DNA of 64,000 nucleotides from a virus (taxonomy: Duplodnaviria; Caudoviricetes): positions 32,001 to 96,000 of the IMG/VR virus record IMGVR_UViG_3300048598_000287. The stretch is one strand, 5' to 3'. This document shows positions 9,570-18,950 of the stretch, piece by piece. The notes below the pieces were generated by a model. That model was not told where the DNA came from, ran no database searches, and was given only the letters and a program-made list of their open reading frames with translations. The stretch's first letter is position 1; the number at the start of each line of letters is the position of its first letter. The translations under genes and the position numbers were made by a program.

Positions 9570-9713
9570 TGCCAACGTTCAACACTGTATCATAATGTTA
9601 CAGTAAAATGTAATTTATCAGAAGCAAGAGTTATTGACATCAATTTTATATTTCAATGGGATTTTAATGGTAACTTCGTCGGGATTATCGGTAGGCATCG
9701 CTACATATATTTC

Positions 9714-10631
9714 TTAATAATTTACCATTATGACTTCATGCGTTTCTGTGGATTTCTTTTTAGCTACTTTCTTGTAGTCGTATTCAAGTTCAATCATCTT
9801 GAACTTACCTGATTCCGACAGAAGATCCAGTAGCTTGCATCTTTCATCTCCATGGATGTCCGTTCCGGAAATCATCCATTTGGCATCGGAAAAATCGGAT
9901 ATGAACTTAAAAAGGCGTTCATCATCATTCTGTTTCCAGAATGCGTTATATCCCGCCTCCGTATTGGAATACGGTGGGTCTGCATAGAAGAATACATCGG
10001 ACATGTTTTGGACGCGCATGGAATTTGCTGAAACCGTTTCGAAATCACCCCAGATTATATCCACATTACGTATGGTTTTAAGAAGATTCCGCCACTCGGT
10101 GAGTTTCTTTTCCGTGGATTCATTGTACATACGTTTTCCGCAGGTCTGATTGAATAGCCCATGACGGTTGAACCTCATCATATTGTTTGTGCAGGACAGC
10201 ATGAGCCCGTACAGGCGGTAAGCCTTGTAATTAAGAAACGTGATCTTGTCGTTTATGTACTCCCCGCTTCCGGTAAAGTCGGATGTAAGAAGCGAATTGT
10301 ACTCATCCCGGAGAATCTGATATCTGTCATAGTCTGATGACGAGAACATTTTAAGGCACTCTATTAACCTTGCAAAATCAGTGTCGCTTCCTGTGGAGAG
10401 CACTTTCTGTATCCGTTGAATGTCAAATATATATTCATTAGATACCACATTTTTGAACATCCCTGCCAGATTGAATGACACCGTTCCTGATCCGCTGAAC
10501 AGATCAACAAGGGTCATATTATCAGTAGATTCCGGAAGATGTGCAACTAACTGCGGAAGAAGTTTGAACTTGTTCCCGGTGTAATTGAAAGGTGAATTAA
10601 CGTACATATGAATCCTTTGTGACAATGACAT
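9714..10631 (-). CDS. dam: Dam-family (T4 Dam-like) DNA adenine methyltransferase
   Basis: SPFNYTGNKFKLL, DLFSGSG, YADPPY. Confidence 0.85.
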   Translation of the reverse strand: MSLSQRIHMYVNSPFNYTGNKFKLLPQLVAHLPESTDNMTLVDLFSGSGTVSFNLAGMFKNVVSNEYIFDIQRIQKVLSTGSDTDFARLIECLKMFSSSDYDRYQILRDEYNSLLTSDFTGSGEYINDKITFLNYKAYRLYGLMLSCTNNMMRFNRHGLFNQTCGKRMYNESTEKKLTEWRNLLKTIRNVDIIWGDFETVSANSMRVQNMSDVFFYADPPYSNTEAGYNAFWKQNDDERLFKFISDFSDAKWMISGTDIHGDERCKLLDLLSESGKFKMIELEYDYKKVAKKKSTETHEVIMVNY

Positions 10632-10707
10632 ACTAAATATAGTAAATTATATTATTTTAGGTATAATATAAAAACAATGAAATCTGTGATCCTAACCCTA
10701 GAAATAA

Positions 10708-11154
10708 TTAAGGGAGCCTGGCTCCTTGAGATTCCAGGTATTCCACAACACCGAGATTCCCGTTCAGACTTGCACGGCGTATAGCATAGTTATTGTCATC
10801 AGTAACATCCAGTCCTTTGTCAACCAGCCACTTCCAGGTAGATAACTTAGATAAATCATGACGGTTTCCAAGGATTATATTTTCCGCCCGGTATTTAGAA
10901 TCCATCTTTACAACACGTTCGCCTTCAGGTAGAATTACTTCCCGGACATATACACTATCGAAATCATGCAAGTACAGTAAATGCATAACATCAGTGAAAT
11001 ACAGTCTAGATTGTGCTAATTCTTTATTGGTATCAGTATTACGTCCCGTCTTTAATTTTAACCCTTGATATGTTTCGGTGTCATTGGTAAACATTAAATA
11101 TACTGGATGTGTTTTCATATAGTACCTATACAAAAGATATTTTATATTGATCAA
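10708..11154 (-). CDS. Ankyrin-repeat protein
   Basis: GLDVTDDNNYAIRRASLNGNLGVVEYLESQGA ankyrin unit; N-terminal GxNTD...LYFTD...YVREVILP...KYRAENIILG domain. Confidence 0.75.
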   Translation of the reverse strand: MINIKYLLYRYYMKTHPVYLMFTNDTETYQGLKLKTGRNTDTNKELAQSRLYFTDVMHLLYLHDFDSVYVREVILPEGERVVKMDSKYRAENIILGNRHDLSKLSTWKWLVDKGLDVTDDNNYAIRRASLNGNLGVVEYLESQGARLP

Positions 11155-11269
11155 ATATAGTCAATTCGATTGTGTTTCGCGATTATAAATGAAAAATACT
11201 GGCATTTTCTCATTTTAAATAATCATCTATTGCTAAGTATAACAATAATGCTACATGTTTACCGGTGTA

Positions 11270-11995
11270 TTACTTGTTGGAAAGCTGCCATTCTACTAGG
11301 GATTTACCGTTGATATTTTTGTAGATATACTTGAATATACGGATATATCCGTCTTCGCTCTTTTCATAGATGCAATTCCCATTTGCATCATATTCATTCC
11401 ACCATTCTGATCCACGTGAATTTTTCTCATGAATAGTATTTCCTAGAGAATCACGGTCATACCATTTTTCGTATCCGTCGGCATCCTTATAGCGAATCGG
11501 CTTGCCGCTATCATCAAACCAATGTTCGGATCCGTTGGAATTCTTCGTATAGATCAGTTTTCCATTGGCATCACGTTCATACCAGCATTCGAATCCGTTC
11601 GACCACTTATCATGGATCCGATTTCCATGGCAATCATATTCGTGCCACCATTCGGATCCATCCGAACTCGTCTCATGAATTCTGTTTCCATTAGAATCAT
11701 ATGAATACCAACAATCGAAGGCTGGTACGAATTTAGTATGAATTAAGTTTCCTTTATCGTATTCGTACCACCTTGAGAATCCCACGGAATCCTTATCATG
11801 AATCAGGTTTCCCGTAGAATCATAGGAATACCACCGTTCATGTCCACTGGAGCAGGTAGCATGAATCTTATTACCATTGGAATCATATTCATTGTGAGTC
11901 CAGATATCGTAGCTATCACCGTTTAGGATAGCATTTCCTTTTACTATCGATACTTTAACTTCGGCTATCGTATCGCTGTTCTCGATACCGTTCAT
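11270..11995 (-). CDS. WYD-repeat protein
   Basis: Tandem WY(E/S)YDxxGNxIH repeats. Confidence 0.85.
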   Translation of the reverse strand: MNGIENSDTIAEVKVSIVKGNAILNGDSYDIWTHNEYDSNGNKIHATCSSGHERWYSYDSTGNLIHDKDSVGFSRWYEYDKGNLIHTKFVPAFDCWYSYDSNGNRIHETSSDGSEWWHEYDCHGNRIHDKWSNGFECWYERDANGKLIYTKNSNGSEHWFDDSGKPIRYKDADGYEKWYDRDSLGNTIHEKNSRGSEWWNEYDANGNCIYEKSEDGYIRIFKYIYKNINGKSLVEWQLSNK

Positions 11996-12318
11996 TTAAT
12001 TACCTATTTGGTTAAATCTTCCATTCGAATTCGTCGGAATGCTTCACATTACTAAGCGTTCCATTGACATCGTATTCGTGCCACCTATTTCTGGTTAATC
12101 ACTTTGCAGTACACTTCATAACATCGATTCGCTGCTTTCTCGCGTTCAGATGGACTTTCCCCGGCATCACCATATAGATTATCTATCTTAGTCATCATGT
12201 ATTCCACAGCATAACGCAAATCTACACATTTCTGCCTTAGCCAATTGCCATAGGAATCAGAATCCTTTATTTTAGGTACTTCGAATAGCTTATTGAACGT
12301 TTTCTTTTCATAAGTGCC

Positions 12319-12501
12319 TTACTTTTCAGCCTTCATAAGAATATTAGTAAATACCATCAATCCAGCAAAGAATAATCCGAATAGCATTATTACAACTAGC
12401 CAGCCAGATAATTCAGTGCAAGTTTGTATATTATTTAATAGCAGGTATAAGCCAGTGCTAAGGGATATAGACATCATCAAACTAGACATTACTAATCTCA
12501 T
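12319..12501 (-). CDS. Small two-TM membrane protein (copy 2)
   Basis: Duplicate of 9254-9436; AAGGAG RBS. Confidence 0.75.
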   Translation of the reverse strand: MRLVMSSLMMSISLSTGLYLLLNNIQTCTELSGWLVVIMLFGLFFAGLMVFTNILMKAEK

Positions 12502-12579
12502 TTCGATCTCCTTAAGTGTTTACAATTAAATATACATAGAATTTATATTTTTCCACATGGTTAATAGCAATATTGCTAT

Positions 12580-13110
12580 TTACTTATCCAATGGGTTATA
12601 GTACCATGTACGATGTACTTCAGATATCCACTCACTACCAGTCTCTCCATCTTCTTCAACGATCCAATTCACATCCGATGGAATACTCACTACCCTTAAA
12701 TGGATTCTGTTTTCTTCTAGAAATTTTTCATCCTTGGATTCTACTGCCTTTATAAGCTCAGGGTCTGTCCTAAGTACTGGGTTCATATCTAGGAATAAGT
12801 AGTTAGCATACGTTCTTTCCTTAGGTTGCACATATTTATCCCACAAGTCATGCACGCCCAACAGTGTGGCAGTATCCTCGTCAATTGAACTAGATCCATC
12901 GTGACCAATAATCACTTTAATTGTACCTACATCTTTAGATAAGGATAGATTATTTTTAAGTACCTTATGCGCATCAGAGCAATCAGAGAAACGATAATCT
13001 GGAAAGAATGTTTGATTAAGCCTAGTTGCTTCATCAAGGCATTGATTAAATAGTTGGCAGTCTTTGCATGTGGCATTAACCTCACTTATCATATAGCTCT
13101 CCTTAAACAT
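12580..13110 (-). CDS. Conserved phage hypothetical protein
   Basis: RTDPELIKAVE...LRVVSIP...EWISEVHRTW resembles a common phage family. Confidence 0.7.
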   Translation of the reverse strand: MFKESYMISEVNATCKDCQLFNQCLDEATRLNQTFFPDYRFSDCSDAHKVLKNNLSLSKDVGTIKVIIGHDGSSSIDEDTATLLGVHDLWDKYVQPKERTYANYLFLDMNPVLRTDPELIKAVESKDEKFLEENRIHLRVVSIPSDVNWIVEEDGETGSEWISEVHRTWYYNPLDK

Positions 13111-13318
13111 ATTTAATAATGCATTCTTTCTTCATACCGTCGCCCCAAAATTCATCATCGTCATAAATGTATTCTATATATGCAAAGCACGGATATTTTG
13201 GCAATCCGAATACTTTAGCAATAGACGATTCAGCGGCAGTTAGCCAATTAGTTGAGAAATTTTTAGATAAAAATGCTCGATAATCATTCAAATTTTCTAA
13301 CTTTTTCATCTTTGCCAT
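13103..13318 (-). CDS. Hypothetical protein
   Basis: GAGG RBS, 71 aa. Confidence 0.55.
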   Translation of the reverse strand: MAKMKKLENLNDYRAFLSKNFSTNWLTAAESSIAKVFGLPKYPCFAYIEYIYDDDEFWGDGMKKECIIKYV

Positions 13319-13319
13319 G

Positions 13320-13490
13320 CTATTTTACCTCTATGCATTTGAATGTGAATTCTTCGAAATGCTTCATAGATTCCACTTGCTTACTATACTCAAGGCACGT
13401 TTTTTGACTCGAAAATCCAGGTACTACTGCAAATGTAGGAGAAGCAGAGCACGCTCCGTAGCAATTTAGAATGATGAATAATGACCACAT
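13320..13490 (-). CDS. Small hypothetical protein (56 aa)
   Basis: MWSLFIILNC...FKCIEVK; GAGGAG RBS. Confidence 0.55.
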   Translation of the reverse strand: MWSLFIILNCYGACSASPTFAVVPGFSSQKTCLEYSKQVESMKHFEEFTFKCIEVK

Positions 13491-13508
13491 AAAATCTCCT
13501 CATATTTA

Positions 13509-14831
13509 GTGAACTACCCTCACCCTAAAGGGAGTGGGCTTCTTTTCGTTTCAACGGATCAGCTATGGAAGTTCCCTGCAAGCAGGGGACGGACAGGAGA
13601 TTCTCGACGGAGGGGCGTTCCGCCCGCTCGGCTCTGTGTGACGAGCCGATCAATAGAATGTTCTTTGCGGCATGAATATCCCTGTCCTCAGTCATGCCGC
13701 AGTCACAGGCGAAGATGCGCTTGCTGGGCGGCATATTGAGGAGGGAGCCGCATGCCGTGCACAGCCGGGTCGTGGGTTCCCATTTTGAGAGTTTAAATGA
13801 TGCAAAGCCTTCTTTCTGGATGAGTTTCTGTTTGATTCTTCCGAGGCATGAATGCTGGACGGCGCGGCCATAGCCGCGGCGTCTGCATCTTTGCCAGGAA
13901 GCGATCTGTTCATCCTGGAAATAGACAAAATCATAATTGGCATAGATCCAGTGAATGATCTTGTTGGCCTTGTCATCCCGCACATTGGATATGTGCTGAT
14001 ATTCACGCCGCACGAGCCGGAGAAGATGATTCCGTCGCTTGGATTCCTTATCGTGCTTCAGTGCCAGATGGCGCTGGAGCCGTGTAAGTTTCTCGGTTTC
14101 TTGCTCGGATACATCGAACTTCGTCCCGTCGGACACGGTCACCGTGTCCTTTATGCCCATGTCAATCCCGCAGGATCTGCCCGTCTTGGGCAAATCAGCG
14201 ATTTTAGCAGTCAGGCAAAGCTTTATATGGAAGCCGTCAGGCTTCCTCAATAGGCAGCTGTCATGCAGCTGATATGATTCAAATTTATTGAGATGTTCCA
14301 GACCGTGAACTTTCAGATTAGGAAATCCCGGGATCGTCATCATTGATCCGCTCTTTATCGTCATTCCCTGATGCCGGATCGGAAGGCTGCTCACCTCGCG
14401 GCGGAATCTCAGCTTCCCTACTTTTCCGCCTTTAAGTTTCTTCTTGTTAAGATTCTTAACGTCTTCCTTAAGTTTCTTTATCAGGTTCTGATGGATTCCG
14501 GTGTTGAGCGTGATCTCACGCTCAACCCGATTGTGTTCACGATCAAAACACAATACCTTGCGGTGCTCATTGTATTTATAACCGAAGATATCACCTGTCG
14601 ATATGGCGTCGTTTATCGACCACTTGGCCTCGACGAAGGCATGAGAAAGACGACGCAAGACGGACTTATCCGTCTTGCGCGCATTTACCTTCAAATCTAT
14701 CTGCCTTATCGCTTCCATCATTTATATAATTTATATCCTTGACTTTAATATACATTTTTATTATACTGTTATCTATGGCGGAATTCATCTCCCCGGACTA
14801 AATTCCGGGAGTTTTCTTCCGCAAATCTCCG
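13509..14831 (-). mobile_element. Non-autonomous IS200/IS605-type element carrying only tnpB
   Basis: Right end GAAGCCCACTCCCTTTAGGGTGAGGGTAGTTCAC; left-end hairpin at 14777-14822; candidate TAM TTTAT at 14832-14836; no tnpA. Confidence 0.8.
13525..14721 (-). CDS. tnpB: TnpB RNA-guided endonuclease
   Basis: RuvC-I GIDMG, QDE at RuvC-II, Zn finger CTAC...CDCG, RuvC-III DRDIHAAKNIL. Confidence 0.9.
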   Translation of the reverse strand: MMEAIRQIDLKVNARKTDKSVLRRLSHAFVEAKWSINDAISTGDIFGYKYNEHRKVLCFDREHNRVEREITLNTGIHQNLIKKLKEDVKNLNKKKLKGGKVGKLRFRREVSSLPIRHQGMTIKSGSMMTIPGFPNLKVHGLEHLNKFESYQLHDSCLLRKPDGFHIKLCLTAKIADLPKTGRSCGIDMGIKDTVTVSDGTKFDVSEQETEKLTRLQRHLALKHDKESKRRNHLLRLVRREYQHISNVRDDKANKIIHWIYANYDFVYFQDEQIASWQRCRRRGYGRAVQHSCLGRIKQKLIQKEGFASFKLSKWEPTTRLCTACGSLLNMPPSKRIFACDCGMTEDRDIHAAKNILLIGSSHRAERAERPSVENLLSVPCLQGTSIADPLKRKEAHSL

Positions 14832-14858
14832 ATAAACAAATCTTAACCTGCGTCTCAG

Positions 14859-15056
14859 CCTTGATTTCCGCGTCGCGGCGCTGGAGGTCGGAGTAACATC
14901 ACACAATCTGAACTGGATATTCACCAAGATGGAAAGGCGTTAATAGAATACAACAGGTGTAACATCAGACAAACCGAATCTAATCTTCATCCATTCTTTT
15001 GTACGCATCGCACCGCATGCAGGTGTAACATCAGACAAACCGAATCTAATCTTCAT
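14859..15056 (-). repeat. CRISPR-like mini-array A
   Basis: 35-bp repeats at 15022-15056, 14956-14990 and 14890-14924 (period exactly 66) with unique 31-nt spacers. Confidence 0.85.
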
Positions 15057-15428
15057 CTGATTCTTCATAAATCGTTGAATATCTTCATATTGCAATGAAT
15101 ACTTATCATAAAAAATCTCCCATACACGAGAACAACTTACCAAGAAATGCTTATTTTTTCCGGTTAACTGAATGTCAAACATCCATTCATCATCTGAATT
15201 GCGAAGATCTATACGATGGGTGGGTAGTTTGCTTTCATCACCATATTCATCCAGGAACACCGTATTTGTGCATTGTCCAAGTAGTTCCAGGAACGTCTTA
15301 TCAAATTCTTCCTGAGTAACCTCAGGTTTCTCTAATTCTGCTTTAGAGAACTTGGTGAGCATCAGGGATTTCATCTCATCCGATTCATTATAGATCTTTC
15401 TTGCTTCTTCAATTGTTAATTCTGCCAT
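14940..15428 (-). CDS. Array-associated MAELT-family protein
   Basis: Family leader plus WMFDI/HFWV-type domain; reads in frame through two repeats (MKIRFGLSDVTP x2). Confidence 0.85.
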   Translation of the reverse strand: MAELTIEEARKIYNESDEMKSLMLTKFSKAELEKPEVTQEEFDKTFLELLGQCTNTVFLDEYGDESKLPTHRIDLRNSDDEWMFDIQLTGKNKHFLVSCSRVWEIFYDKYSLQYEDIQRFMKNQMKIRFGLSDVTPACGAMRTKEWMKIRFGLSDVTPVVFY

Positions 15429-15452
15429 GGTAGGCCTCCATATAATATTTAA

Positions 15453-15600
15453 TAATCCAATCCGAATCTAATCGTCACCCTAGAAAACGCTCATGATAAA
15501 TCAATACCTGGTGTAACATCATTCAATCCGAACCGGATATTCACTACATGCTCCGTAGTCGGAACGATGTAATATCATCCAATCCGAACACGGTGTTCAC
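15453..15600 (-). repeat. CRISPR-like mini-array B
   Basis: Repeats 15566-15600, 15510-15544 and partial 15453-15478; spacers 21 and 31 nt. Confidence 0.8.
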
Positions 15601-15972
15601 CTGATTCTTCATAAGTCGTTGAATCGCATTATCTTGCAATGAATACTTATCCTTGAAAATCTTCCATACCCTAAAATAACTTACCCAAAAATGCTTATTT
15701 TTTCCTGTGAAGAGGATGTCAAACATCCATTCATCATTTGGTTTTCTAAGTTCTCTGCGGTTAGTGGGAAGTTTGCTTTCATAACTATTTTCATCCAAGA
15801 ACACCGTCTTGGTGCATTGTCCAAGTAGTTCCAGGAACGTCTTGTCGAATTCTTCCTGTGTAACCGCATGCTTCTCAAGGTCTTCCTTAGTGAACTTAGT
15901 GAGCATCAGGGATTTCATCTCATCCGATGATGCGTAGATCTTTCTAGCTTCTTCGATTGTCAATCCGGGCAT
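15544..15972 (-). CDS. Array-associated MAELT-family protein
   Basis: Paralog; AAGGAG RBS. Confidence 0.85.
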   Translation of the reverse strand: MPGLTIEEARKIYASSDEMKSLMLTKFTKEDLEKHAVTQEEFDKTFLELLGQCTKTVFLDENSYESKLPTNRRELRKPNDEWMFDILFTGKNKHFWVSYFRVWKIFKDKYSLQDNAIQRLMKNQVNTVFGLDDITSFRLRSM

Positions 15973-16000
15973 ATTTTATCTCCTTAATATGATGCAATTA

Positions 16001-16029
16001 AATATAGATATTTAATTGGTCATTGTCAA
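16001..16029 (-). promoter_or_regulatory. Sigma70-type promoter
   Basis: TTGACA-17 nt-TATATT. Confidence 0.75.
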
Positions 16030-16112
16030 CTACAAATGATACCAGAATTCGGATCAATTGGAATAATATGTATATCGGGTTTAATGGCCATTAAATTATT
16101 TATAGTCTCTTT

Positions 16113-16214
16113 GCTGTAACATCATCCAGCCCGAATCTAATCTTCACCATGTATCCGACAAATGTCATAATCCGTCTTGATTGTAACATCATCCAATCCG
16201 AACTGGATATTAAC
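16113..16214 (-). repeat. CRISPR-like mini-array C
   Basis: Repeats 16180-16214 and 16113-16147; 32-nt spacer. Confidence 0.75.
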
Positions 16215-16586
16215 CTGATTTTTCATAAGTCGTTGAATATCAATATCGTACATCGAATAGGTATCCACGAAAATCTTCCATACACGGTAATGACTTACCC
16301 AGAACCGCTTATTTTTCCCGGTGAACTTAATATCAATCATCCATTCGTTATTAGAATTTCTTAGTTCTATCGTGTTTGTGGGAAGATTGCTTTTTTCACC
16401 ATATTCATTCAGGAACGCAATCTTGGTGCATTGACCCAGTAATTTCAGGAACGTCTCGTCGAATTCTTCCTGAGTAACCGCATGCTTCTCAAGGTCTTCC
16501 TTAGTGAACTTGGTGAGCATCAGAGATTTCATCTCATCCGATGATGCATAGATCTTTCTTGCTTCTTCAATAGTCAATTCGGGCAT
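16137..16586 (-). CDS. Array-associated MAELT-family protein
   Basis: Start MPELT with GGAG RBS. Confidence 0.85.
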   Translation of the reverse strand: MPELTIEEARKIYASSDEMKSLMLTKFTKEDLEKHAVTQEEFDETFLKLLGQCTKIAFLNEYGEKSNLPTNTIELRNSNNEWMIDIKFTGKNKRFWVSHYRVWKIFVDTYSMYDIDIQRLMKNQVNIQFGLDDVTIKTDYDICRIHGED

Positions 16587-16626
16587 ATTACATCTCCGTT
16601 GATATCTTAAATATATTAGCCAAGGA

Positions 16627-17043
16627 TTAAACGGGTATTTTTCCATAACGGTATTTAATGAATTTCAAATCATTTTCATCAATATAGCCATCCTGGATGA
16701 GGTTGTTACCGATTGCCTGCTCATCATACCACTTTTCATATGTATCGGGCATATCCCTATTTTTTATATATTCGTCTAAAGTCTCATTATAGCCTTCATA
16801 TTTTTTCCATTCATCGTTGAAAACGAATCCTTTTGCATTTAATTCATGTTCTGAAAGAACGAATTCTTCACACAGGTCAGGTTTTATTATGCAAACCCAT
16901 TGCCACCTAGGTTCAGCATCGCAAGTATAGTTCAGCTGAGAAAGCAAATGCATAGAAGGGAAAATATATTTCGTTCCGGAAAACCGATATACGGGAGCAT
17001 CAAAATATGTGTCTAAAAGTTTACTTTTACATTGTGCTTTCAT
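16627..17043 (-). CDS. Hypothetical protein
   Basis: 138-aa ORF. Confidence 0.65.
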   Translation of the reverse strand: MKAQCKSKLLDTYFDAPVYRFSGTKYIFPSMHLLSQLNYTCDAEPRWQWVCIIKPDLCEEFVLSEHELNAKGFVFNDEWKKYEGYNETLDEYIKNRDMPDTYEKWYDEQAIGNNLIQDGYIDENDLKFIKYRYGKIPV

Positions 17044-17105
17044 AAATAGATACCTTCTGTTTCAATGTTTCCATAGCAGCATGCTAGGGTTTTAGTTAGC
17101 TTCAT

Positions 17106-17180
17106 CTAGATAGTTCTCGCGTATTCAATCGTCAACTCGGTCATGGTAGGCCTCCGTATAATATTTAATTATCCAATCAA
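17106..17180 (-). pseudogene. Relic of the MAELT-family leader and its RBS block
   Basis: GATTGGATAATTAAATATTATACGGAGGCCTACC followed by MTELTIEYARTI*. Confidence 0.7.
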
Positions 17181-17186
17181 ATCCTG

Positions 17187-17450
17187 TTATTCATCCTGGT
17201 ATTTCTTAGATGCATCACATGTTATTGTCGGATAGTTAGGAAACTCATAGAACTTCAGTGGTTTTATGTTTGGTGTGTCAAATGGGCCTCGCAATGCCCA
17301 GTGAATTCCGTCATTGTCGTTCGCCTGTTTCTTCAATTCTTCCAGCGAAAACAAATATTCAATGAGGGCCACCTTTTCCGCATTGCTTAGGGAATCTGAT
17401 GTCATGATTAGGGTCTTCAGTTTTTCTGAACTATTCATATTATCATTCAT
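17187..17450 (-). CDS. Hypothetical protein
   Basis: 87 aa, AAGGA RBS. Confidence 0.6.
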   Translation of the reverse strand: MNDNMNSSEKLKTLIMTSDSLSNAEKVALIEYLFSLEELKKQANDNDGIHWALRGPFDTPNIKPLKFYEFPNYPTITCDASKKYQDE

Positions 17451-17581
17451 TTAATTATCCTTTCCTGGAATATATTTCCAAGTTCAATCTGGTGATTGGT
17501 AATTCAATCTCTATAGGTAAACTATATTTTCTGCGATACCGTTACGATAGGAATTCACGGTACTGTCCGTTTCTGGGTGTT

Positions 17582-17878
17582 CTAATGTGGGAAATGACGT
17601 ATGTCAATATCAACCGATATAGATTTCGCAGATTCGTTAGTTACAATCAATGCATATTGTTCTCTACCGTTAATTATTGTAGATGTGTATTTTGTCACAC
17701 GCATCGACTTAGCAATGGACATGGTGTCAATATCTATTTCAGCATCGCCGGCTATTTTACGGGAATCAATGATATATGCAGAAAATTTTGAGCCCGATAA
17801 TACATTCACCGATGTCCATCCCGTGATAGAAATAGGCAAATTTACGGCGATCAATTTATTAGGACCTAGGATAGCCAT
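17582..17878 (-). CDS. Hypothetical protein
   Basis: 98 aa, GGAGG RBS. Confidence 0.6.
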   Translation of the reverse strand: MAILGPNKLIAVNLPISITGWTSVNVLSGSKFSAYIIDSRKIAGDAEIDIDTMSIAKSMRVTKYTSTIINGREQYALIVTNESAKSISVDIDIRHFPH

Positions 17879-17883
17879 TTAGC

Positions 17884-18306
17884 TCAGCCTCCGCCTTGTA
17901 CACAGTTCGCATACGGTTCGTTAAGTGGATGAATGGATAGCGTACCCCAGGCGTTTGGTTCACGACAAGTACGGGATTTAATCTGTGCCATAGCTTCTTC
18001 GGTAGTATGCGCTATGGCAAATGCCACGCCACGTGTATAAGCTGAGCAAAAATCTGTCCAGACAAATAACCGTAAGTTTTCGTTCATAATAATCTTAGGT
18101 ACTTCATCTGGAATAGTTGGCGCTGAGATAGTCGATCTAGACGATAATCCTTTGAAACCATACCATTTGTCGCGTTTCTGAACGGTTTCCGAATATATAT
18201 CAAGACATCCCTTTAGATATTCTGCCAGAACAAAATCAGGCGTATCCGATTCGTTTTCCTTACTGTACTTATTGATCAGCAATTCAAGCTCATTTTCAAA
18301 TTCCAT
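17884..18306 (-). CDS. Two-domain hypothetical protein
   Basis: ENESDTPDFVLAEYL domain fused to a homolog of 5725-5925. Confidence 0.7.
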   Translation of the reverse strand: MEFENELELLINKYSKENESDTPDFVLAEYLKGCLDIYSETVQKRDKWYGFKGLSSRSTISAPTIPDEVPKIIMNENLRLFVWTDFCSAYTRGVAFAIAHTTEEAMAQIKSRTCREPNAWGTLSIHPLNEPYANCVQGGG

Positions 18307-18333
18307 TATCGTCCTCTATGTAAAATATCAATT

Positions 18334-18531
18334 GATGTGACATCATCCAATCATAACCGGATATTCACTACATGCTCCGTAGTCGGAACGATGTAATATC
18401 ATCCAATCCGAACACGGTGTTCACCCACTGATTGATACATATCCTGATGGAGGAATGTGTTCACCCACTGATTGATACATATCCTGATGGAGGAATGATG
18501 TAATATCATCCAATCCGAACACGGTATTCAC
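18334..18531 (-). repeat. CRISPR-like mini-array D
   Basis: Repeats 18497-18531, 18390-18424 and 18334-18368; first spacer tandemly duplicated (18417-18456 = 18457-18496); second spacer identical to 15545-15565. Confidence 0.85.
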
Positions 18532-18904
18532 CTGATTCTTCATAAGTCGTTGAATCGCATCATCTTGTAATGAATATGTATTCGCAAAAATCTTCCATAT
18601 CCTAAAATAACTTACCCAGAAATGTTTATTTTTTTCCTGTGAAGAGGATGTCAAACATCCATTCATCATTTGGGTTTCTAAGTTCTATACGATTGGTGGG
18701 AAGCTTGCTTTTATAACCATGTTCATTCAGAAACACCGTATTTGTGCATTGTCCAAGTAGTTCCAGGAACGTCTTATCAAATTCTTCCTGAGTAACCTCA
18801 TGTTTCTCAAGTTCACTTTTAGAGAACTTGGTGAGCATCAGGGATTTCATCTCATCCGATGATGTGTAAATCTTTCTTGCTTCTTCAATAGAAATTTCTG
18901 CCAT
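18421..18904 (-). pseudogene. Frameshifted MAELT-family gene
   Basis: A7 tract at 18629-18635 vs A6 in the paralog at 15698-15703 splits the ORF. Confidence 0.75.
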
Positions 18905-18950
18905 AGTAGACATCCTTATAGTTAATCACCAATACGAACATTGCAATCAG

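Noticed and set aside
12087-12311. Open frame (KTFNKLFEVPK...) after the stop of 12319-12501, suggesting readthrough or recoding
   Set aside because: No in-frame start at its 5' end and no other sign of an alternative code; more likely a frameshifted remnant
14925-14955. Spacer resembling the MTase gene near 26507 (both read GKALIE)
   Set aside because: Only 14/18 nt identity; could be chance
18465-18496. Spacer loosely resembling a WYD repeat (LIDTYPDG vs MIHTKYPNG)
   Set aside because: Needs a gap and several mismatches
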